Below, one piece after another: positions 38,498 to 46,352 of a stretch of 64,000 nucleotides of DNA. Under the pieces are notes generated by a model. That model was given only the letters and a program-made list of their open reading frames with translations, was not told where the DNA came from and searched no databases. This DNA comes from a virus (taxonomy: Duplodnaviria; Caudoviricetes): the IMG/VR virus record IMGVR_UViG_3300006922_000005; one strand, written 5' to 3'. Made by a program: the position numbers and the translations under genes. How positions within the stretch are numbered: the stretch's first letter is position 1; the number at the start of each line of letters is the position of its first letter.

Positions 38498-39113
38498 TTT
38501 TATAGAAGTAGGAGAAGTAGGAGTTATTCTTTCTGATCTGCCTCCGGAACTAAAAACTAAACTTGATAATATTACTGATAACTTACAACAAGATTTTACA
38601 AAAGGAAATAGTTTTAATAACAATTTAGTAGGACATATTAAGCATGAATATTCTTTGGACTATGACGCAGATTTAGATATTTGTTTGAATGATCTTATTG
38701 CAGAGTATAATGAAAAATATCCAGATTATCTTAAAGATTATAATGTTTTATTCAAAGATGCTCCGTTAGGACTAAACAATCATTGGGTTAACTTTCAAAA
38801 GAAACATGAATTTAATCCACCTCATTCTCATAGTGGTGTTTTTAGTTTTGTAATATGGTTAAAAATACCCTATGATTTACAAAAAGAATTAGACTACTTT
38901 AATAATGTTAACCAAGGAAGTAAAACAAGTATGTTTAATTTTTTATATACAGATGGTTTAGGTAAAATAAAAACTTACAATATACATGTAGACAAAAACT
39001 TTGAAGGGAAAGTATGTATGTTTCCTTCAGATATGTTACACTATGTAAATCCTTTTTACACATCAGACGAATATAGAATTAGTTTAAGTGGAAATATAAA
39101 ACTACAAAACTAA
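38490..39113 (+). CDS. 2OG-Fe(II) oxygenase-like protein (HxH type)
   Basis: WVNFQ..HEFNPPHSHSGVFSFVIW...MFPS..LH.V.PF....RIS.SGN. Start reassigned to 38490. Confidence 0.8.
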   Translation: MSNFIEVGEVGVILSDLPPELKTKLDNITDNLQQDFTKGNSFNNNLVGHIKHEYSLDYDADLDICLNDLIAEYNEKYPDYLKDYNVLFKDAPLGLNNHWVNFQKKHEFNPPHSHSGVFSFVIWLKIPYDLQKELDYFNNVNQGSKTSMFNFLYTDGLGKIKTYNIHVDKNFEGKVCMFPSDMLHYVNPFYTSDEYRISLSGNIKLQN

Positions 39114-39619
39114 TAGCATTTATACCATACTAGCACATTATATCTAATACCTTCTACAACAGGCAAAACTTCGTGCTGTATTTTATTACCTTGAAAAGTT
39201 ATAATAGTACCTGCTTTAGGTTGTATTATTTCATCTGCTACTTTTGTCTCTCCGCCAGTAAAGTTATCATTTAAGTATATTATACTAGTAAGGGTGTGAT
39301 AATCAAAATCTAAATGAGAAGGTTGATAATTTCCTTTTTCTCGTCTAGTTATATGCGAATAGTTTGTATATGCTTGTGGGTCAATACTGTTTATATTAAT
39401 GTCAATTTTTTTTGAGAAAAACTTAAGATAATCTGCATCATTTTTTGTATCATTATTGCTTAATTCTACACATGCAATCGGAATGTGTAAAATTTTTCTA
39501 TCATCAAATACAGTTCCTACAGAAGAATAATGTTTGTCAAACAGATCTATAAGTGTTTGACATTCTGTCTTGGTTATAAAATTATCTTTAAGATATACTG
39601 GTAATGGTTCTGTACTCAT
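39110..39619 (-). CDS. Prolyl-4-hydroxylase-like 2OG-Fe(II) oxygenase
   Basis: HLD...LTSIIYLNDNFTGGET...HEV.PV.EG.RY...W. Confidence 0.82.
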   Translation of the reverse strand: MSTEPLPVYLKDNFITKTECQTLIDLFDKHYSSVGTVFDDRKILHIPIACVELSNNDTKNDADYLKFFSKKIDININSIDPQAYTNYSHITRREKGNYQPSHLDFDYHTLTSIIYLNDNFTGGETKVADEIIQPKAGTIITFQGNKIQHEVLPVVEGIRYNVLVWYKCY

Positions 39620-39637
39620 GTACAGATAGTTATTGCT

Positions 39638-41230
39638 TTAATATCTTACAATAACAATACCTGGTCCACCACGGCCACCTGCACCACCACCTGATGGGTT
39701 AGCGCCTGCGCCACCTCCACCGCCAGCGCCACGGTTAGTAGTTCCGTCGCCTCCGTTGTTACCTGGCTCCGCACCTGAGCCGCCTCCTCCAGAGCCGCCT
39801 CCTGCACCAATACTAGTAGAAGAACCTGATCCTCCACCACCGCCTCCAGCGTATGTTACTGTTGAACCTGAAATATCTGAGTTACGTCCTGAACCACCTG
39901 GTGCTCTACGTCCATTACCACCAGTACCGCCAGTGCCTCCAGCACCACCACCACCTGAACCTGAATATGGTGATTGGTTTGGATTTGGTCCACCAGCATT
40001 ACCGTAACCATATGTTCCTGAATCGCCTGGTTGTCCTGGCTGTTCTGCAGATCCTGTAGGTCCACTTGGAGAACCTCCGCCTCCACGTCCACCGCCTGAT
40101 CCGCCTGGTCCACCGTTTGCTACTGGTCCTCCAGGACCACAACCACCGTAACCACCGCCAATTGCTGTAAGTGTTCCAAATGTTGAATTAGTTCCTTTTT
40201 CTCCTGGTGTCTGTCCACCTGAGTATCCGTTAGCACCACCAAAGCCACCACGTCCTATTGAACCTGATACACTACCGCCTGGACTAACTGGGAAACTAGG
40301 TACATCAATCATACCGCCTGCTCCTGCTCCAGCACCTCCGTCAGTACCTCCTGAGTTAGCACCACCATTACGTGTACCGCCGCCTCCACCGCCTGCAACT
40401 ACAAGTACTCTAACTGAACTAACGCCAGTTGGTACGTTGAAAGTAAATCCGCCGTTGGATGTATAAGTTGATGTTACTGGTGCTTTAACTGTAATAGAAA
40501 ATGCTCTATCTAGTGTGTCACCTTCGTTGTCTGTTGCTCTAACAGTAAAGTTTGAAGTTGTGTCTGATCCTTGTGAACTTGCTGTACCTGTAATTGTACC
40601 GTTAGCATTAAAAGTCATTCCTGACGGAACTGATCCACTTACTACTGAGTATGTAGGAGTTCCACCGTCAGCATCTGTTGCTGTAAGTGTAATTGTAGGA
40701 TAACCTGATCTACCACTATCATAAATTGTAGCAACACTTCCTGCTCCTGTTGACCAAACTGGAAATGTATTAACTGTTCCTGCTGGTTCTAACACTGCTG
40801 AAAGTCCTGATGGATTAGTTACTTTTATTCCATAACTCTGTGCTGGAACAAAGTTAACAGATGCCGCATTTGTTGCACAAGTAAGTTCACCTGAGTTTAC
40901 AAAAGTTGTTGAAAGTGTTCTGTCAATGTTACTAACACCTGCACCAGTTACTTGTACTTGTGATCCAGTTTTAAAATTTGATCCTGTAATAGTAATAGTA
41001 GCATCTTGTGCTTCATAAATTGTACCAGTTTGATTACTAACAGTTGGCGGAGCATCAATACCTGCCCAACCTGTTGAATTGTACTGCTCTAAAAAACCTA
41101 AAGTAGAATTATATCTAAGTTCACCTACTGATCCAGTTGGCCGTTGTGCTGATGTGCCTCCCGGAACTTTAATACTTCCAGTACCAGTAAACTTTCTATT
41201 TTTTCCAGTAAAATCTCTTAAATCACTCAT
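39638..41230 (-). CDS. Fibre-tip/adhesin-like protein: Ig-like domains plus a glycine-rich C-terminus
   Basis: PGGTSAQRP...LRYN module, IPT/Ig-like segments, VLVVAGGGGGG...GGPGIVIVRY glycine-rich domain. Confidence 0.8.
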   Translation of the reverse strand: MSDLRDFTGKNRKFTGTGSIKVPGGTSAQRPTGSVGELRYNSTLGFLEQYNSTGWAGIDAPPTVSNQTGTIYEAQDATITITGSNFKTGSQVQVTGAGVSNIDRTLSTTFVNSGELTCATNAASVNFVPAQSYGIKVTNPSGLSAVLEPAGTVNTFPVWSTGAGSVATIYDSGRSGYPTITLTATDADGGTPTYSVVSGSVPSGMTFNANGTITGTASSQGSDTTSNFTVRATDNEGDTLDRAFSITVKAPVTSTYTSNGGFTFNVPTGVSSVRVLVVAGGGGGGTRNGGANSGGTDGGAGAGAGGMIDVPSFPVSPGGSVSGSIGRGGFGGANGYSGGQTPGEKGTNSTFGTLTAIGGGYGGCGPGGPVANGGPGGSGGGRGGGGSPSGPTGSAEQPGQPGDSGTYGYGNAGGPNPNQSPYSGSGGGGAGGTGGTGGNGRRAPGGSGRNSDISGSTVTYAGGGGGGSGSSTSIGAGGGSGGGGSGAEPGNNGGDGTTNRGAGGGGGAGANPSGGGAGGRGGPGIVIVRY

Positions 41231-44200
41231 TATAATACCTCAATCAATTTCCAGCCATGTGTGGCATTTGTATATACAAGACCTATTGCTGAATTTTCTG
41301 TAGACAGTGTCAAATCTTCTGCTAGTCCCATTATGTTATTTCCATTTCTTCCTAATACTAGGTTATTGCTATCAAAAGTTCCTGCTAGATCTAAAATTCT
41401 TACAGCATCGCCCATTGCTGGTGACGCCGGAAGTGTTATAATAAATCCGCCGCCTGTTGTATCACACATATAGCCTTCGCCTTTTGTGATTGCACTTGCG
41501 GTAGAAACTTCTGACCATTTAATACTTCCTGCTGGTTCCCAACTAGATGCTCCGTAAACTTCTAAACTATTTGTAGTTGTGTTATATCTAAACATACCTG
41601 ATGTTGGAGTACCGGGTCTGTTAGCAGTTGTACCACTTGGTAATTTAAAGTGGTAACTACCAATTTCTGCTACTTCAACACCTGCAATATCAAAGTCAAT
41701 TGTATCTGTAGCCGCGCCAGTTCCGTTTACTTCTACTTTAGATTGTGAAGGACTATTACCTGCAACAATAGTACCTTGGCTTGCACTTAGACTTGTAATT
41801 TCTTGATCAACATAAGTTTTAACTGCTTTTTCTGTTGGTACTGATTCATCTGAATTATCAGCAAAAGTACCATCAGTACTAAATTCGTTTACTGTAGCAC
41901 CCTGTCTACCTGCTGTAATACTACCAAGTTGTAATTCATTCAAACCAGATAAGTCAAACTCTTCAGATGAAAGTGTTGCTCGTCCTGTTGCTTGTTCAAC
42001 TTTGAAGTAGTCACCTACTCTAAAGTTACCGTCTTGGTCTGTTGTTACATAGAACACTCTACCACCATCTTCAGCAAGTGTTTCTTTAATCTGATCTGGT
42101 TGCTGTGGATAATCTGCTTGAATAATAACTGGATAATTTGTATCTGCAAATCCGCCAGTACCAATGTCTAAGAAGTCATGTCCGCTCATTCTAACTTGAC
42201 TAAATGCTTCTCGGAATACAACTGACGTAGCATCGTCTGGTGTTTTGTTACTTGGAATAGCAGGATCTATTTGTATTGTACCAATACCTGTGTTTGGATC
42301 AAAATTACTTACACCAATAACAAAATATGTTTCTGTATCTCCTGTAATTTGTAATACAGAACCTTCTTTTGGTGATCTTGATAAATTATCAATTGTAAAA
42401 ATTACTCCAGTTCCAATACCTGCAAAACCTTGTCTATTCGCTACAAGTGTTCTTGTTTGACTAGGTGATTGGTTAAGTGTAAGTGTTGAGTCAGTACTTC
42501 CTAAAGTAAGACTAGCCGCTGTTATTTCTTCAATTGATTTAGTAACCACTGTGTTTGTAGTTTGTGTTTCACCAGCAATCGCCGCAAACACATAATTTCC
42601 AGATGTTACAGTACCAATTCCTGAGGCAATGTTACGTTGTACATTTAATATAACACTATTACCTTCTTCTAAACCTGCCGTAATAACATTAACACCGTCA
42701 AGCATTACACCATTAAGTGCTACATTGTTAGTTCCGTTATCAAAAACTTGTGTCCATGTTTCTACTCCAGCACTTGAATATCTTGCTAACAATCCAGCAT
42801 TATTATTGTTAGTACCTTCGTTCATGTAACCTACAAGGTATATATCATTACCAAAAGGTAAAACATCTTTCCACTCGCCTTCTTCTGTACTTAATGCTAT
42901 TTGTTTTTGCCATGCAATATCACCTTTTACATTTATTCTAAATGCTAAAGGATTTTTGTTTACTGCACCAGCATCATAATAACCTGCCGCTACCAAATAG
43001 ATACCGTCACCGTTACCTGTGTCTAATCTTAATTTGTTTATTCTTACATCACCATAAATGTATGATGCTACGTAAGCACCGTTTGATTCAAGTCTTGTAA
43101 TAACTGATTGGTTAGCAGTTGAATCATAACTTGCAACATATAAATTTCCTTCTGCTGTAGCATCACCTGCAAGAGTATAAGTGTCAACGGATGTAGTCGG
43201 GGTTGCCGCTACACATGCAGAACTTGCAACAAGTGTATTTGCCGCGGCACTATCATTATATTCTAATGTTCTTGACCATTGTTCTATGCCTGATGGATTT
43301 AATTTTGTTACACTTGATCCTGTTGTTGTGTGTGTACCGATAGCATATAAGTTATTACCATCTGTTGTTACATCAGCAATTTCTGAAGTGTCACCAATAG
43401 TTTTCTGCCACTGTATTTCGCCTGCTTTTGAAATTGCTAAAATGAATCCTTTATTAGTTGCACTATCATATATAACACCACCTGCATAATATCTGTCACT
43501 TACTTCTACAACACTATGAACTGCTCCATAACTGCTTTCGTAAGTGTACACCCAGTCTAAACTTCCTGCTGAATTAAATTTACAAATAAATGGATAACTT
43601 GCTGTGTTTGACCAACTTGAAGTTACGTCTGTACCTGTAGGATTTGTATGTCCTACAAAAATTCTATTACCAACACTATCTCTATAACTTGTAAACACAT
43701 GTACATTTGAGCCTAATTGTGTAACTGAGTTAATAGTTTGATCGGTTAACTGTAATGTTCCTGTTAGTGGTGTTTCTAATTGTGAATATCCACGGGCAAC
43801 AGCACCATATTCTCCATATGAGTTGTTACCAACAATAGCACGAATTTTACCACCGCTTTCTGCTAGGTAACCAATATTACAATAGTATGTAAAGCATGAT
43901 ACAATCTCAGTTCTACCATCATTTAGTGCATGTACACCAACGCCGTCACTGTTAATCTGTGTCCAGTCATTTGCAACCATACTCTTATAACCACCGTTAT
44001 GTAGAGCACCGTCAATTTTAAATCCAGTTCCTCCTGGAGTAAATGAAGTACAGTTTTGTACATATGGTGACTGTGAAGTAATCCATACAGTTGTATCATC
44101 AGGACCAGTACCTGGATCTAATCCTACAATAACACTTCCTGTTGAGAAATTTCTAAACACAAAGTTACGTAATCTACAGCCGTTGTTCATATGGAACACT

Positions 44201-45753
44201 TCGGAGTTAGCATTTGGTGTTGATCCGTCATCGGATATACCAACACCAAACCCATTGTCATTTGTAGTATCTGGTGAAAGTGTAACAGCACCTAAGCCAT
44301 TACCTTCAAGTACAACACTGCGTCCAACTTTGATTGGACATTGTTCTGTGTATTGTCCTGCTTGAACATTAATACGACACTGCCCTAAACTAAATGTTTG
44401 GTCTGTTGCATGTCTAAGTGTTTTCCAAGACGTAGTAGGTGTTCTACCATCGTTTGTGTCATCTCCTTGTGGAGATACATAATAATCATTTTGTGGAGTT
44501 AAGTGACCCCATGTTGGTTCACCATCTTTAACTGTTAAGAAAGAACCACTAGGACCAACTGGCAATCTTGTAACTTGTGTTGCATCTCTAAAGATTATAT
44601 CACCTTTGGTTGTTACAACAGCATTTGAATCACCTTGTGCCATCATCTGCCAAATAGCATTATCAGTACCTGGTGTTGTACCTGTATTGTCTGCTGTTAA
44701 TGAAACGTAACTTGAAGTAGCATATTCTACAACATCGCCTATTTCATATTCAGTTGCAATATCCCAAGCACCTCTCCAATAAAAACCATCTGAAAATAAT
44801 TCCCAATAATCTGCATTTGGTGGTTCAGGGGAAGTAGAGCCATCATTTTCATACCCTTCAGTACAAATATATGATCTACCATTTAATCTAACTACATCTC
44901 CTGGTTTATAACTAGTGGAGCCATCGTATCCACCTTTCCAATTAAATCCGTCTACTAGTAGATCCCATCCACTAGTATCGATTGTTGGTGGTGTTTGTGG
45001 GTTTACATTATCATAAAAAATTGCACTTTTACAAACATAAATTTTACCACCATATTTTACAACATGGTTTGGTCCATAGTCTGAAATATTATTCCAATCT
45101 TGTAGCCATTTTAAACCTGTTGATAATATATCCCAAAAAGCAGTGTTACTTGGATTTTCAGTATTACCTAACGGTCTTTTTGTTGCTTGTACAACATATT
45201 GATTACCACCGTAATTAACAACGTCACCCGGTCTATACTGTGTAGCATCTCCCCATGCTCCTACATTTTCATATCCTTTTGAATAGACATCCCAATATAC
45301 AGTATTTGTTGGATCGTTGTTTAATGAATTTTGTTTACATACATATAAGAAACCACCATAATAAACAATATCACCTTTTTGATAATTTGTAGAAATACTA
45401 TAGTCGCCTTCAAATTGTTGGCCATCTACAAACTTGCTCCAGTAACCTGGCTGATCATATGGATTTTGATTTGTACTTTCTTGTAAAGCAATATATACTG
45501 CTCCACCGTATGTTACTGTTTGTCCTTTTTTGTATAGTGTTGAGGTTCCCCATACTCCTGCACTTTCAAGTCCTTCTGACATTACCTCGAATTTTGATGA
45601 ATTGTTAACAAAAACTGTGTCACTTGTATGAGCGTCAATACAAACATAGACACTAGGACCGTATTTTACAATATCGTCTTTGTTATATGTAGTGGTAGGA
45701 GCCCAGTCGCCCTTCCACGTAAATTTTAAATTTCCTAGGTTAATAACTGTCAT
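41230..45753 (-). CDS. Giant tail fibre/spike protein B (1507 aa), paralog of fibre A
   Basis: Same N-terminal repeats, YYVSPQGDDTNDG, near-identical QSPYVQNC...SGGKIR block and FSQVRMSGHDFLDIGTG; ends in a TLPASP.GD...RNG domain. Confidence 0.85.
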   Translation of the reverse strand: MTVINLGNLKFTWKGDWAPTTTYNKDDIVKYGPSVYVCIDAHTSDTVFVNNSSKFEVMSEGLESAGVWGTSTLYKKGQTVTYGGAVYIALQESTNQNPYDQPGYWSKFVDGQQFEGDYSISTNYQKGDIVYYGGFLYVCKQNSLNNDPTNTVYWDVYSKGYENVGAWGDATQYRPGDVVNYGGNQYVVQATKRPLGNTENPSNTAFWDILSTGLKWLQDWNNISDYGPNHVVKYGGKIYVCKSAIFYDNVNPQTPPTIDTSGWDLLVDGFNWKGGYDGSTSYKPGDVVRLNGRSYICTEGYENDGSTSPEPPNADYWELFSDGFYWRGAWDIATEYEIGDVVEYATSSYVSLTADNTGTTPGTDNAIWQMMAQGDSNAVVTTKGDIIFRDATQVTRLPVGPSGSFLTVKDGEPTWGHLTPQNDYYVSPQGDDTNDGRTPTTSWKTLRHATDQTFSLGQCRINVQAGQYTEQCPIKVGRSVVLEGNGLGAVTLSPDTTNDNGFGVGISDDGSTPNANSEVFHMNNGCRLRNFVFRNFSTGSVIVGLDPGTGPDDTTVWITSQSPYVQNCTSFTPGGTGFKIDGALHNGGYKSMVANDWTQINSDGVGVHALNDGRTEIVSCFTYYCNIGYLAESGGKIRAIVGNNSYGEYGAVARGYSQLETPLTGTLQLTDQTINSVTQLGSNVHVFTSYRDSVGNRIFVGHTNPTGTDVTSSWSNTASYPFICKFNSAGSLDWVYTYESSYGAVHSVVEVSDRYYAGGVIYDSATNKGFILAISKAGEIQWQKTIGDTSEIADVTTDGNNLYAIGTHTTTGSSVTKLNPSGIEQWSRTLEYNDSAAANTLVASSACVAATPTTSVDTYTLAGDATAEGNLYVASYDSTANQSVITRLESNGAYVASYIYGDVRINKLRLDTGNGDGIYLVAAGYYDAGAVNKNPLAFRINVKGDIAWQKQIALSTEEGEWKDVLPFGNDIYLVGYMNEGTNNNNAGLLARYSSAGVETWTQVFDNGTNNVALNGVMLDGVNVITAGLEEGNSVILNVQRNIASGIGTVTSGNYVFAAIAGETQTTNTVVTKSIEEITAASLTLGSTDSTLTLNQSPSQTRTLVANRQGFAGIGTGVIFTIDNLSRSPKEGSVLQITGDTETYFVIGVSNFDPNTGIGTIQIDPAIPSNKTPDDATSVVFREAFSQVRMSGHDFLDIGTGGFADTNYPVIIQADYPQQPDQIKETLAEDGGRVFYVTTDQDGNFRVGDYFKVEQATGRATLSSEEFDLSGLNELQLGSITAGRQGATVNEFSTDGTFADNSDESVPTEKAVKTYVDQEITSLSASQGTIVAGNSPSQSKVEVNGTGAATDTIDFDIAGVEVAEIGSYHFKLPSGTTANRPGTPTSGMFRYNTTTNSLEVYGASSWEPAGSIKWSEVSTASAITKGEGYMCDTTGGGFIITLPASPAMGDAVRILDLAGTFDSNNLVLGRNGNNIMGLAEDLTLSTENSAIGLVYTNATHGWKLIEVL

Positions 45754-46010
45754 TGTGGGTTCTCTCTATACGTATATATTAGTTGTCCATTGGTATTTAT
45801 CGAATACTTTCCATCATCGTCACCAATGTATTTTTCAGTAAACAAATCAACATTGTTACCGTCTTTAAGTTTAACTTCTCCGCTAGTAATTCTAGTATAT
45901 TCTAAATTACCATTTGAATTCTTATTAAATCCATGGAAACAACTACGTCCTTGACCGCTTCCTGCAGGACCGCCCTGTGGATTTCCAATAAAATTAGGTA
46001 TAGTTGCCAT
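45750..46010 (-). CDS. Small protein preceding fibre B
   Basis: 86 aa; FHGF....G.L.YT motif shared with 28868..29242. Confidence 0.7.
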   Translation of the reverse strand: MATIPNFIGNPQGGPAGSGQGRSCFHGFNKNSNGNLEYTRITSGEVKLKDGNNVDLFTEKYIGDDDGKYSINTNGQLIYTYRENPQ

Positions 46011-46011
46011 A

Positions 46012-46344
46012 TTACGTTATCTCCAATACACTTACAATGCTATCTAAACTATTTGCAGTATCTGATCTAACGCATAGTTCTTGATTAGGCTTAATAACAA
46101 GTTTTTGTTCTCCACCTACTGGTACAGTTGCCGCACCCGCATTTAATGTTGTTCCTTTAAGTAGATATACCTCTGTACTATCTACATCACGCACAAATAT
46201 ATCTAATACAACACTATTTGATGTTCTATTTGATACTGTAAACCCAATAATTGTAGTGTAAATTACACTAGCACCAGGGGTATATACAGTTACATCTGCT
46301 GTTCCTATTCCTGCATTTAATTTGTTATCAAAACTGTTTGCCAT
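46012..46344 (-). CDS. Small beta-sandwich virion protein
   Basis: 110 aa; similar pattern to 51651..51998 (T.YT...I...N...KLV/RLV). Confidence 0.7.
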   Translation of the reverse strand: MANSFDNKLNAGIGTADVTVYTPGASVIYTTIIGFTVSNRTSNSVVLDIFVRDVDSTEVYLLKGTTLNAGAATVPVGGEQKLVIKPNQELCVRSDTANSLDSIVSVLEIT

Positions 46345-46352
46345 ACTATTAA

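Noticed and set aside
39756-40007. Proline-rich ORF (PPPPEPPP)
   Set aside because: Exact antisense of the polyglycine domain in 39638..41230.
39900-40200. Collagen-like domain
   Set aside because: No sustained Gly-X-Y periodicity; the pattern is polyglycine-rich.
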